A DNA stretch of 45,447 nt, taken from the NCBI GenBank assembly GCA_038128265.1, contig JAYPJE010000014.1, forward strand, positions 1 to 45,447, written 5' to 3'. Shown piece by piece: positions 9,131 to 18,735 of this stretch (positions are counted from its first letter, which is position 1; every line of letters begins with the position of its first letter). The notes beneath the pieces are model-generated. The model had not been told where the DNA came from and ran no database searches. It worked only from the letters and a program-made list of their open reading frames with translations. A program made the translations under genes and the position numbers. This stretch comes from Gemmatimonadota bacterium (GTDB taxonomy: Bacteria; Latescibacterota; UBA2968; UBA8231).

Positions 9131-10414
9131 CTACTCGCGCACGAAGCGCGGTTGCCCACAGCCGTTATTGACCACGTATGAACGCGCCGGTATTTCCGAG
9201 CGATGGGCAATGACCAAGTCCAGCTCAGAGGCATTTTCGATAATCGTTCCCGCCCCTACGCGCACGCCGTCGCCCAGCTGCACGCAGCCCGGCTGCCTTT
9301 GGCTGTCTTTTATCGTTCCTATGAAAACCGATGCACCAATGCGACACTGCGTGCCAATTTCGACGCGGCCGTGAATCTCTGAATTGGCGCCAATTACCGA
9401 CTGCTCACCGACGCTCACCGACCCAAAGAGACCCGCATCGGTCCCGATAAACACAAAGTCGCCAATAATCGGGTGGCGCTGCTGCACTTTGTCGCTCAGT
9501 CCGCCCAAGGTGCACGGATACATATGACACCCCGAGCCAATGATACCCGTTTGCCCGGTGGTCATACCGCGGTGAGGGTGGTCGAGGAAATTGGCGTCGC
9601 CTATCTCGGTCTCTGGATGCAGGTCGGCCTGATAGTAGCGCCCAGCCAGTTCGGAAATGGCGCGCGGCAATAGGGGCACCGGCCGACGCTGCAGACCGGG
9701 ATCTTCCGGCACCGCGTCGGCACGCGTAAGCGCGTGGGCAACGTCGTGGTAAAAGAGGATTCGCCATCCCGGGTAGGTGCTCATCACCAGCTGCATCTGA
9801 TAGTCGAATATGAAGTCGCACTCGAGGTTGCGCAGAAAGTCGCGGTAGTAGTCTACGTCGCGCCGACGGATGGCCTCCTCTAGCTGACCGCCAAAATCGA
9901 TGCGCAGCAGTTCGTCGCGGCTAATACCGCAGTTGGAAAGCAGATAGGCATCCCACACGGCCGGGTCGCGCAGGGCGGCAAAGCGATTCCAGCGCGCGCG
10001 CGTCTTGAGGCGCGGCAAATCCCACAGCATGGAAAACGAAGCGGCCAGGGCCTGCTCTTCGACCCCCTCGCTCTCGCCGGCGGCCAGCAGCGATTGGGCC
10101 ACCATGGCATATAGCTGGTCGGCGACCTGACCGAGTTCGTCGGCAAAATCGCCGCGTTCGTGTCCGGGTGCCACGGCATTGTGCGATCCGGGCGCGACGC
10201 ACTCGAGCAAATTCCCCAACATGGTTTCTACCAGATCGCGATTGACGAAGCCGCGCCCCGAGCGCTGTGCCAGAATTTGTGGATCGATCGCGTCAATGCG
10301 CAGCGCGTCTATTTCCTCGGCGGTGTATATAGGCTGCAGGCGATCGACGAGCAGGCGCAACAATTCGCCTTTGCGGCGGCGATACTTCGCATCCAGTAGT
10401 GTTGTCTGGCTCAT
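9131..10414 (-). CDS. serine O-acetyltransferase (CysE)-like hexapeptide acyltransferase with long N-terminal extension
   Basis: YPGWRILFYHDVAHAL, LLPRAISE, ADLHPETEIG..FLDH, TLGG, QRHPIIGD plus further hexapeptide coils. Start set at MSQTTL. Confidence 0.7.
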   Translation of the reverse strand: MSQTTLLDAKYRRRKGELLRLLVDRLQPIYTAEEIDALRIDAIDPQILAQRSGRGFVNRDLVETMLGNLLECVAPGSHNAVAPGHERGDFADELGQVADQLYAMVAQSLLAAGESEGVEEQALAASFSMLWDLPRLKTRARWNRFAALRDPAVWDAYLLSNCGISRDELLRIDFGGQLEEAIRRRDVDYYRDFLRNLECDFIFDYQMQLVMSTYPGWRILFYHDVAHALTRADAVPEDPGLQRRPVPLLPRAISELAGRYYQADLHPETEIGDANFLDHPHRGMTTGQTGIIGSGCHMYPCTLGGLSDKVQQRHPIIGDFVFIGTDAGLFGSVSVGEQSVIGANSEIHGRVEIGTQCRIGASVFIGTIKDSQRQPGCVQLGDGVRVGAGTIIENASELDLVIAHRSEIPARSYVVNNGCGQPRFVRE

Positions 10415-10523
10415 AGAATGGGTCCACTTTGCCCTTGCTGAAGCACATGCAGGTCGTAGTTTTTGTAGTAAACATATACACGGCGCACACCGCCGCAACA
10501 CAGTGCAACTAGGAAGGCGTAGA

Positions 10524-11312
10524 ATGCACCCATTCGAAGATCTAATCGTCGAACCCAACAGCGTGGGAATTCACTGGTTTGGCCAGAGCAGCTTTGCCAT
10601 AAAAGACGCAGCGGGCACCATCGTGCTCGTCGATCCCTACTTCCCGCGAGAGCGGCCGGCAGAGCGCTATGTCCACGCGCGCGCACCACTGCACGAGGCG
10701 AGCCTGCGCACCGACTACGTCCTGCTGACGCATAACCACGGAGATCACACCTGTATCGAGTCGATTAACCGCCTGCGCGCAGCCTATCCAGACGTGCGCT
10801 TTATCGGACCCGAAGAGAGCATTCAGGCCGTGCGCGGAGCCGGCGTAGACGCCCAACAAACCTGCGTAGTTAGCGCGGGAATGACAGAAGCGATGGGCGC
10901 GATGCGCGCGCACACCGTATGGGCCAAGCCCCCGGAAGGCATTCCCGACGACGGTATCGCACCACCCGACGTAACGCATCTGGGCTACGTCATCGAAGCA
11001 GACACCACGCGCATTTACATTTCCGGTGACCCCGTCAACACATTTGGCGATCACGAAGAGCTGCTGCAGCCCGTGCGCCAGCTCAAGCCCGATATCGGGC
11101 TGTTGACGACGCACCCGGACGAGGGCGAATTTCCCTTTTTTGAAGGCTCGGCAAAGATGGCCTCCGCTCTGCAGCTCAAAGCCGCCGTGCCCGCCCACTA
11201 CTCGTGCTTTGTGCGCCGCAATTACGATCCGGCCGACTGGGCTGCCCACTTGTCAGACGTCGAACCGCTGGTCATTCCCTACAACCAATCGCTGGTCTAC
11301 TCGGCCAGCTGA
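10524..11312 (+). CDS. MBL-fold metallo-hydrolase (UlaG-like)
   Basis: WFGQSSF, VDPYF, THNHGDH metal motif, YISGD, PAHY. Start MHPFED with RBS AGGAAGG. Confidence 0.88.
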   Translation: MHPFEDLIVEPNSVGIHWFGQSSFAIKDAAGTIVLVDPYFPRERPAERYVHARAPLHEASLRTDYVLLTHNHGDHTCIESINRLRAAYPDVRFIGPEESIQAVRGAGVDAQQTCVVSAGMTEAMGAMRAHTVWAKPPEGIPDDGIAPPDVTHLGYVIEADTTRIYISGDPVNTFGDHEELLQPVRQLKPDIGLLTTHPDEGEFPFFEGSAKMASALQLKAAVPAHYSCFVRRNYDPADWAAHLSDVEPLVIPYNQSLVYSAS

Positions 11313-11367
11313 GCAGACCCACCTGTGTTTGCGCTAGCCGCGCGATCGGAATCCGACAGATAGCCGG

Positions 11368-12507
11368 CTAGCGCAGATACCCATCCCACCAATCAAAGGC
11401 ATCCTGCTGCATCGGCGCGTCGAACTTATGGCCGCCGGGGTAGAACCGGCACGCGTAGTGGTCGGCGGCATTAGCCTTGGCATAGACCGCGCGTAGAATA
11501 GCATCGGCTGCCTTCATACCGCGCACCGTATACAGCGCGTCCTCATTGCAGTTTTGCACCAGCGTCGGCAGCGGCGCGCGCAAACCGAGTATTTCGGGAA
11601 AATCCAACAGGCGCGGCAGCAGCGGCACGTAGGTCATCCACGTATGCGTATGACTCTTGTGCAAGAGAAAATCGTTCCAAGTGCTCATAAATCCCATGCA
11701 TACGGCGGCTTTAATACGCTCGTCTAGCCCGCCGAGAAATACCGTGCGCAACCCACCGCCCGACAGTCCGCCGCAGCCGACGCGGTCGGCATCGACGTCG
11801 CGGCGACCGCACAAGTAGTCAAGGGCTTTGCGATCCTCGGCCAGAACGACTCCCGGCCAGGTCGTGCCCGCGCAAAACAGCGACTTGGCCACCACGCTCT
11901 CCTGCGCACCGGACCAGGCGTTGTATTCGAGCACTTCGCGGCGTGCCTCCGGATTGCCGTCCCGGCGACCGCCATTCAGCACCTCTGGCACATCGGCATA
12001 GCGCATGCGACGACTGCCAAATAGGAACCCGTCGTGCACCAGCACCGCGTAGCCACGACGGGCCAGCTCGTTGGCCCATCCCACATCGCTGTAGTACTGG
12101 CGCTGATGCTCGACGACGAGCGGATGGCGCCTGCCGGGCAGCTGCACGATCTTGCGCAGCCCCCAATACTTACGCCCTCCGTGGTCGTGCAGAGCCAGCA
12201 CGGCTGGCAACGGGCCTCGAGCTCCGCTCGGCTTTAAAAAAACGGCGCGTGTGCGCGGACCCATCGGCAGTTGCCAGGATAATTCCTCCACGTGTAAACC
12301 ATTCCACTCATACTGCTTTTCCACCCGCGCGCGCACCGAGCCTCGGAGTTCGGGCTCAGCCACGCATTCGACGACTTTGGCCAGTGCCTTTTTCTTCCAG
12401 GTTCCCAGCGAGCGGAAGCGCGGGTGGCGCAGCGAGTACGCGCCCGGTTCGCGTCCCGTTAGAGCACTGGCCCACGCCCCATAGGCACCCAACATATTTT
12501 CTCGCAT
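11368..12507 (-). CDS. alpha/beta hydrolase (dienelactone hydrolase/acetylesterase-like)
   Basis: PAVLALHDHGG, nucleophile elbow GLSGGG, acid in NEDALY, His in GGHKF. Start MRENML with RBS GAGGAG. Confidence 0.85.
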   Translation of the reverse strand: MRENMLGAYGAWASALTGREPGAYSLRHPRFRSLGTWKKKALAKVVECVAEPELRGSVRARVEKQYEWNGLHVEELSWQLPMGPRTRAVFLKPSGARGPLPAVLALHDHGGRKYWGLRKIVQLPGRRHPLVVEHQRQYYSDVGWANELARRGYAVLVHDGFLFGSRRMRYADVPEVLNGGRRDGNPEARREVLEYNAWSGAQESVVAKSLFCAGTTWPGVVLAEDRKALDYLCGRRDVDADRVGCGGLSGGGLRTVFLGGLDERIKAAVCMGFMSTWNDFLLHKSHTHTWMTYVPLLPRLLDFPEILGLRAPLPTLVQNCNEDALYTVRGMKAADAILRAVYAKANAADHYACRFYPGGHKFDAPMQQDAFDWWDGYLR

Positions 12508-12546
12508 AAATCGCTCCTCATTGCACGGACTGTAGCCGCATGTGCA

Positions 12547-12582
12547 ACGGCGGCGCAAGAGTTTAAACTCCCGCGCCGCCGT
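12547..12582 (-). repeat. intergenic RNA hairpin (16-bp stem with G-U pairs on the minus strand)
   Basis: Minus strand ACGGCGGCGCGGGAGT-TTAA-ACTCTTGCGCCGCCGT; no U-tract follows. Confidence 0.6.
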
Positions 12583-12611
12583 CGTCTTACCCAACTTCTA
12601 TCGAACCGCTG

Positions 12612-13409
12612 CTAGCGGCAGTAAAGCACCTCAAACGAATCGCGCGCCTCCCATCCCAGCAGGCGCTTGGCTTTGTCGGGGCGGTATTTGTCGTGCGGCA
12701 AACGCGAGCACATAAAAAACGTCTCGTAGGGAGATGGCATCGCACCGGCTCGCAGGCCGTAGAGAAAGCCCTCACCCGTATCTTCCCACGAAGTAGCATA
12801 GGGATGGATGCCCTTGCCGTGCTCTTCGGGCAGAATTTCGCGCGGGCGAAAATGGCAGTAGAGAAAGGTCAGCACTTCGAGACCGTGTTCCTCGGCGAAA
12901 ATACGCGTGATATCGTTACCCAAGTATTTCGTCAGTGCATAGAGGTCGTCGGCGGGATGGATCGGCACGTTGTCGTCAATGCGAAAGTCGTTCCACCAGT
13001 CGACATCGTATCCCAACCCAGAGTGAAACGGACCGGTGTGTATCAGGCGCTTGGTCCCACAGGCGACACAGGCCTTGGCCACGTTGTAGGCACCAATTTC
13101 GTTGACGTGAAACGCCAACACTGGATGCGGGCGCAGCACGGTCAAGTTGATGACGGCATCGACGCCGTCCACCGCATCCAACACCTGTTCGTAGTCGGCG
13201 ACGTCGACGACGCGGTTTTCGTGCGGGGCGTCCAGCAGTTCGGGCAGCGGCGCGCGCGGGCTCTGGCGCGGTCCCTCGGCCGCCTCAGCCATCGGACGCG
13301 CATCCGTCACGCGCAGTCTGTAATGGTCTTTTAGTGCAGCAATACAGGCAGCGCCCACCGGACCACCGGCACCTAAAATCAGCACGTTGCCTTCCGTTAC
13401 CGTAGCCAT
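12612..13409 (-). CDS. NAD-dependent epimerase/dehydratase (extended SDR, uronate-dehydrogenase-like)
   Basis: GAGGPVG dinucleotide-binding motif, VNEIGAYNV, catalytic YALTK, KAKRLLGW. Confidence 0.85.
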   Translation of the reverse strand: MATVTEGNVLILGAGGPVGAACIAALKDHYRLRVTDARPMAEAAEGPRQSPRAPLPELLDAPHENRVVDVADYEQVLDAVDGVDAVINLTVLRPHPVLAFHVNEIGAYNVAKACVACGTKRLIHTGPFHSGLGYDVDWWNDFRIDDNVPIHPADDLYALTKYLGNDITRIFAEEHGLEVLTFLYCHFRPREILPEEHGKGIHPYATSWEDTGEGFLYGLRAGAMPSPYETFFMCSRLPHDKYRPDKAKRLLGWEARDSFEVLYCR

Positions 13410-13418
13410 ATCAATTCC

Positions 13419-14033
13419 TCAGTCGGCAAAGCGCCCACTGGACGCAACGTGTTGTACTTGCCAATGGTAACTGGCCGACAGCGGTTCACTCAACGCACTC
13501 TCGACGGCCTCGGCTACCTCGCCCGCAGTCACTTCGACATCCATGTTTCCTAGCCGCAGCGCCACGACTTCAATTTTGCCCGTGCGGGCGACTTCGCGGC
13601 CAACGAGCTCGGCCATATGCGGCGCCAACGACTCGGCATTGGCCAGCGGGCGCGGCTGCCACTGTGCCGTAACGATAAAGCGCTCGTCGTAGGAGCGCAT
13701 TAAGTCGAGACTGCTCAATAATACGATGCGTCGCACGCCGGCGGCACAGGCCGTCGTCGCCAGCACATAGGTAGCGCGCGAAACCCAGTCCAATAGCTCC
13801 CCCTCGCTGTCGACGTCGGCCAGGCGGGCCGCGTTGGGCAACGCGTGGACTACGGCATCCACACCCTGCAAAATGCTGGCAACGCGCTCGGCCTCAACTA
13901 AGTCGACGCATTGGTAGCCATCAATATTTGCCGCGGCGCGGCGCCCTACAGGCGCGACGTCATGCCCTTTAGCCAGGTGCTGGCAGAGCATGGCACCCAG
14001 CGCACTGTCGGCCGCCGTAACCAGTACATTCAT
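13419..14033 (-). CDS. degenerate/atypical SDR-fold NAD(P)-binding protein
   Basis: MNVLVTAADSALG, GVDAVVH, GVRRIVLLSS and VVALRLGN indicate the SDR fold, but GxxGxxG and YxxxK are missing. Confidence 0.7.
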   Translation of the reverse strand: MNVLVTAADSALGAMLCQHLAKGHDVAPVGRRAAANIDGYQCVDLVEAERVASILQGVDAVVHALPNAARLADVDSEGELLDWVSRATYVLATTACAAGVRRIVLLSSLDLMRSYDERFIVTAQWQPRPLANAESLAPHMAELVGREVARTGKIEVVALRLGNMDVEVTAGEVAEAVESALSEPLSASYHWQVQHVASSGRFAD

Positions 14034-14036
14034 AGT

Positions 14037-14828
14037 TCACCAAGAGAGTTTAGAGGAGAGGTTGCGAAAGAAATATCCCCTGTCGAGGTAGATCAAACGC
14101 GCGCGGTGTTCGGCCTGACTAATGTGCACCTCTTCGCCAGCTACTAGCTGTCCTAAGTGCCTGCCGTCGACTACGAGCGATATGTTCTCGTCGCGCGTCT
14201 CTTCGCTGATGGCGAGGCGCACCTGGGCTTCGGGGGGCAGGATCAACGCCCGCGACGAGAAGTTGTATTCGTTGATGCCGTCGAGAATCATGCAGCGCAC
14301 GTCGGGAAATACAATCGGAGCACCTGCCGACAGCAGATGTCCAGTGCTACCGGTCGGAGTGCCAACAATAACGCCGTCGCCCGTTATCGTGCGAATTTCC
14401 ACTCCATCGACAAAGACGTCGGTAAAAGCCAGCTTGTAGCTGGCGCGCACCATAACCTCGTTGACCACGTGCACTTCGCCGCGCGGGTGGCGACAGTTAA
14501 GCACGAGCCGCTCGCTAATGATATAGCGTCCATCCATGAGCAGCTGCACGATCTGGGCCAGTTCGGTGCGATCACCTGCCGTGAGAAAGCCAACGGTGCC
14601 AAAGTTAATAGCCAGCACCGGACAGCGCGGAAAGCGATCGAGCGCGCGCAGCACGGTGCCGTCGCCACCCATCGCCACGACCATATCCAGATCGGCAGAT
14701 GCTGCGCCCTCTTCGATGCGCACGACTTCAATTTGGTACGTGCCGAAAAGCTCGCGCACCTCATCAAAGGGATATTCGCTGCCCTCGTCGCGCGTCAGCA
14801 GGCCAATTCGATTGAGATTCAACGTCAT
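14037..14828 (-). CDS. nadK: NAD(+) kinase
   Basis: GGDGTVL, INFGTVGFL, VVNE, GDGVIVGTPTGST. Confidence 0.92.
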   Translation of the reverse strand: MTLNLNRIGLLTRDEGSEYPFDEVRELFGTYQIEVVRIEEGAASADLDMVVAMGGDGTVLRALDRFPRCPVLAINFGTVGFLTAGDRTELAQIVQLLMDGRYIISERLVLNCRHPRGEVHVVNEVMVRASYKLAFTDVFVDGVEIRTITGDGVIVGTPTGSTGHLLSAGAPIVFPDVRCMILDGINEYNFSSRALILPPEAQVRLAISEETRDENISLVVDGRHLGQLVAGEEVHISQAEHRARLIYLDRGYFFRNLSSKLSW

Positions 14829-14835
14829 GGAGATA

Positions 14836-14865
14836 AGTATATCAACGAAAAGGGCTGCGCGACAA
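14836..14865 (-). promoter_or_regulatory. putative leaderless-type promoter of nadK
   Basis: TTGTCG-18 nt-TATACT with extended TG; the -10 box ends 7 nt before the ATG and no SD sequence is present. Confidence 0.55.
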
Positions 14866-14877
14866 GTCGCGCAGCCC
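14846..14877 (-). terminator. Rho-independent terminator after the beta-hydroxyacid dehydrogenase
   Basis: Minus strand GGGCTGCGCGAC-TT-GTCGCGCAGCCC followed by TTTTCGTT. Confidence 0.8.
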
Positions 14878-14898
14878 CGTCGTACATAGCGGTATCGC

Positions 14899-15810
14899 CT
14901 ATTGGGAGCGCGCCTCTTTGCCGGCCTGCATCTCGTACGCTTTTATAAGCGCCTGCGTGCCCTCCTCGGCGCATCCAGCTCGCTCAACGACGTTGAAGTA
15001 CTGGTGGGCAATGCTAGTGGCGGGCAGAGCGAGCTTGACATCGTTGGCCGCCTGCAGCACCAGTTTCAGGTCCTTCTGCTGTAAATGCACCATAAAGCCG
15101 GGGGCAAAGTCGCCCTTTATGATACGCGGACCGAGATTGCTCAACTGCCAGGAGCCAGCTGCGCCACCCGAAATTGCGTCGATGACCTTGCCCACGTCTA
15201 GATCGGAAGCCGCGGCCAGCATAAGCGCTTCGGCCATGGCCAGATTGGCACCGGCCACTGCGATCTGGTTGCACAGCTTGGTGGTTTGGCCCGCCCCGTT
15301 GGGACCGATGAGATTGATGTTCTTGCCCATCGCTTCGAATACCGGCAGACACGCGTCAAAGACATCCTGCTCTCCGCCAACCATGATCGACAACGTGCCG
15401 TTAATCGCTCCTACATCGCCCCCGCTAACCGGTGCATCCAGCATCGATACGCCGCGCGCCTCCAGCGCAGCAGCTACGTCCTGCGTAACCTTGGGCGACA
15501 CCGTACTCATATCAATGACGGTGGATCCTTCTTTGGCCCCGTGAATAGCCCCATCGTCCCCCATAATCACCGCTTCCATATCCGGTGTATCGGTGACGAT
15601 GCTAATAATTACATCCGCCCCTTCTGCCGCCTCCTTGGGCGTTGCCACGCGCACGCCGCCGGCTTCGACAACCTCGTCGACGCGCGGGCGGTCGCTGCGA
15701 TTATACACCTTGAGCTGGTAGCCAGCCGCCAGCAGGTGCTTGGCCATTGGCGCTCCCATAATACCAAGGCCAATAAAGCCAATCTGCGTTTTTCCAGGTT
15801 CAGCAGGCAT
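14899..15810 (-). CDS. beta-hydroxyacid dehydrogenase (2-hydroxy-3-oxopropionate reductase / 3-hydroxyisobutyrate dehydrogenase family)
   Basis: GFIGLGIMGAPMA, LDAPVSGG, catalytic Lys in TKLCNQ, KDL. Confidence 0.9.
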   Translation of the reverse strand: MPAEPGKTQIGFIGLGIMGAPMAKHLLAAGYQLKVYNRSDRPRVDEVVEAGGVRVATPKEAAEGADVIISIVTDTPDMEAVIMGDDGAIHGAKEGSTVIDMSTVSPKVTQDVAAALEARGVSMLDAPVSGGDVGAINGTLSIMVGGEQDVFDACLPVFEAMGKNINLIGPNGAGQTTKLCNQIAVAGANLAMAEALMLAAASDLDVGKVIDAISGGAAGSWQLSNLGPRIIKGDFAPGFMVHLQQKDLKLVLQAANDVKLALPATSIAHQYFNVVERAGCAEEGTQALIKAYEMQAGKEARSQ

Positions 15811-15825
15811 GTATAGGTCTCCCTA

Positions 15826-17640
15826 TTAGAAGGTGAAGAACAGGTGGCGATTGTCTTCTATTACGGCCGTCTCGTAGATCTGGGCAAACCAGTTCTGCAG
15901 CGCCTCCTGCTGGCGCTGGGCGAGCAGCTGCTGCTGGACCTGGGCGCTTTGCTCGGCAAAGAGCGCTTCGTCCAACGGAGCCTTTTCGGCGAGGCGCAGC
16001 AGATAGGCACCCTGGCGCAGCGTCACCACATCGCTCAACTGCCCTTCCTGCAGGCGAAACGCCGCCGCGACGACGCCGTTGCCGCGGCCGATTCCCGGCA
16101 CCGACTCCGTGCGCGCAAACGGCTCCGATGCGCGCACTTCGAGACCTGCTGCACCGGCGGCCTCTTCTAATGAGACGCCCCCTTCTACCTGCGCACGGAC
16201 TTCGCTCAGCTTGGCGGCAGCCATATCCGCTTTCTTGCGCGCGCGCACTTCGCGCTCGACGCGCGGGCGCACCTCATCCAGCGGCATTTGGCCCTCGGCT
16301 CGTTTGTCTGCCACTGTGGCAACCCACAGACCGCGCTCGTTCTCTGCCACGCGCGCAACCGCGCCGACGTCCTGAGCCAGCGCCCAATTGACCAACCAGG
16401 CCGTGCCCTGCCCCAAGCTAGGAACAATCTGGTCGCTTTGCAGGTAGCCCGAGTCCATGCCCTCCATGCCCGCAGCACTGAGCGCTGATACAAACCCTGT
16501 CGTGGCCGCCTTTTGCTGAAACTCCTCCGCCCACGCACGCAGTTCATCCTCCGTGCTGCGCGACGCGCCATAGCGCAGCAGGATATGGCGCGCGGTAATT
16601 TTCTCCTCTCCGTCTTCTACCGTCTTGTCGTCCACCTTGATCAGGTGCAGACCAAAGCGCGTCTGCACGGGCTCGGAGACCTGACCGGGCTCCAGCGCAA
16701 ACGCGGCATCGGAGAAGGGCTTTACCATGCGCTCGCGACCAAAAGTGCCCAGGGCTCCTCCCTGCGCGGCCGAGCCCTGATCGTCCGACATCACCTCGGC
16801 CAGTTCAGCAAAATCGGCCCCGGCCTCAATTTCTTCGCGCAGGCGACCAATCTCTTCGACTATGGCGAGCGAGTCGGCCGCGCTGGCGACTTTGGGAAAG
16901 TAGGCATACGAGAGCCGAACCTGTTCGGGATGGAAAAACTCGGCACTGTTTTCTCCATAATAGTTTGCCAAATCGGCGTCCGTCACCTCGACCAAATCGT
17001 CGGCGATGGTGCTGCCAGCAGCAAATATGAAATCGACTTTAACCTTCTCATTGCCGTCGGCAAAATGTGCGCGGACCTCTGCCGGCGTTACCTGCACGCC
17101 GCTCATCAGCAGGCGCTGTAGCTTGTAGTTGAGCAACTGCTGGCGCAGCATAAACTCAACCTGCATAACAAAACCGCGGTTGTTGGGGTCCTGCAGGTTG
17201 GTCGGATCGCCGATAAACTGCGTGTACTTGGCCATGTCAAACTGCCCGTCGGTCTGGAAAGCCTCCATCGACTGCACGGCGGGCGGCGGCATGGTGCGCG
17301 TGTAGTACGCTACCTCTTTGTCCGTGACCTGCACGCCAAGCCGCTCGATCTCCTGGCGCAGCAGCACTTCTTGGACATAGGAATCCCAGACCTGGCGCAC
17401 CAGCACCCCCTGATCTTCGCGCTGCTCGCGCGGCACCTGGCTGGCGGCCTGGCGCAACGCACCCTGAAAATCTTTGAGCGAAATGGTCTCGCCGTTTATG
17501 GTGCCGACCGTGTCACCGACGGCTTGCTGTTGCATACCACCGGTGTAGTCGGCGCCCCATTCGACGACGATTAGGCCAATGAAGGCAAAAATAACAAACC
17601 ACAGTATAAGCGCGGTTCTCTGGCGCAGTGCAGTCATCAT
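15826..17640 (-). CDS. PpiD/SurA-like parvulin peptidyl-prolyl isomerase, membrane anchored
   Basis: N-terminal TM, SurA-N-like region, parvulin motifs GGALGTF..MVKPFSDAAF, SEPVQTRFGLHLIKV, ARHILL. Confidence 0.88.
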   Translation of the reverse strand: MMTALRQRTALILWFVIFAFIGLIVVEWGADYTGGMQQQAVGDTVGTINGETISLKDFQGALRQAASQVPREQREDQGVLVRQVWDSYVQEVLLRQEIERLGVQVTDKEVAYYTRTMPPPAVQSMEAFQTDGQFDMAKYTQFIGDPTNLQDPNNRGFVMQVEFMLRQQLLNYKLQRLLMSGVQVTPAEVRAHFADGNEKVKVDFIFAAGSTIADDLVEVTDADLANYYGENSAEFFHPEQVRLSYAYFPKVASAADSLAIVEEIGRLREEIEAGADFAELAEVMSDDQGSAAQGGALGTFGRERMVKPFSDAAFALEPGQVSEPVQTRFGLHLIKVDDKTVEDGEEKITARHILLRYGASRSTEDELRAWAEEFQQKAATTGFVSALSAAGMEGMDSGYLQSDQIVPSLGQGTAWLVNWALAQDVGAVARVAENERGLWVATVADKRAEGQMPLDEVRPRVEREVRARKKADMAAAKLSEVRAQVEGGVSLEEAAGAAGLEVRASEPFARTESVPGIGRGNGVVAAAFRLQEGQLSDVVTLRQGAYLLRLAEKAPLDEALFAEQSAQVQQQLLAQRQQEALQNWFAQIYETAVIEDNRHLFFTF

Positions 17641-17710
17641 ACGCTTTTTATTCTCCTGCTCTAATCTTCTTTGACGCTAGTCGCCCAAACCGGACGATAA
17701 GCTTGCCCAC

Positions 17711-18709
17711 CTACTCAGCTATCCCCTCTGGATAGCGCAGCAAACAGGCCGTTTGATGTCCATTTCCCAGGTCCACTAAGCGCGGAACCGTCTGAGTACA
17801 GCGATCCCGCTTTTCCGGACAGCGGGGATGAAAAGGGCAGCCCGGCGGCACGGATGCCGGGTTGGGCACGTCGCCCTCCAGCACGACGCGCTGTTTGGCC
17901 GCCCCCGGCACGGGCACGGGCACAGCCGATAGGAGCGCCCGCGTATAGGGGTGAGACGGAGCGTCGTAGAGCTGATCGCGATCGGCCAACTCTACAATCC
18001 GTCCCAGATACATGACCGCCACGCGATCTGATATATGGCGCACGACACTGAGATCGTGAGCAATAAACATATAGGTTAATCCCAGATCGCGCTGAAGATC
18101 CTGCAACAAATTGATAATCTGCGCCTGTATCGATACGTCGAGCGCCGAAACCGGCTCGTCGGCTACGATAAACTTCGGCTCGACAGCCAAGGCGCGCGCA
18201 ATGCCGATGCGCTGGCGCTGGCCGCCGGAAAATTCGTGTGGATAGCGCCTGGCATAGCTCGGCTGCAGGCCGACGGTTTCCATCAATTCGGCAACGCGCG
18301 CATCAATGCGGTCCGGCTCTACCAACTCGTGTATCTTCAGGGCTTCGCCTATGATCCCCCCCACCGTCATGCGCGGATTGAGCGAGCTGTAGGGATCCTG
18401 AAAAATAATCTGCATGCTGCGCCGCAGCGCGCGCATGTCGCGCTTGCCCATGCCCAAAATATCGCGCCCCTGGTAGACGACGCGCCCTTCCGTGGCCTCG
18501 ACCAGGCGCAGCAGCAGGCGGCCCAGCGTCGTCTTGCCGCAGCCGCTCTCTCCCACCACGCCGAGCGTCTCGCCCTCCATAATCTTCAGCGACACGCCGT
18601 CTACGGCTTTTACCGAGGCGCGCACTTTGCCCCACAACCCGCTGCGGACGGGATAGTGTTTCTTTAGATTCTCAACCTCTAATAGAGGGACGTCTGCGCT
18701 CGTATGCAT
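17711..18709 (-). CDS. oligopeptide/dipeptide ABC transporter ATP-binding protein (OppF/DppF-like)
   Basis: GESGCGKT, FSGGQRQR, DEPVSALD, HPYT, C-terminal GCPFHPRC. Confidence 0.93.
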   Translation of the reverse strand: MHTSADVPLLEVENLKKHYPVRSGLWGKVRASVKAVDGVSLKIMEGETLGVVGESGCGKTTLGRLLLRLVEATEGRVVYQGRDILGMGKRDMRALRRSMQIIFQDPYSSLNPRMTVGGIIGEALKIHELVEPDRIDARVAELMETVGLQPSYARRYPHEFSGGQRQRIGIARALAVEPKFIVADEPVSALDVSIQAQIINLLQDLQRDLGLTYMFIAHDLSVVRHISDRVAVMYLGRIVELADRDQLYDAPSHPYTRALLSAVPVPVPGAAKQRVVLEGDVPNPASVPPGCPFHPRCPEKRDRCTQTVPRLVDLGNGHQTACLLRYPEGIAE

Positions 18710-18735
18710 CACAGATATAATCGGAAATATCGCCG

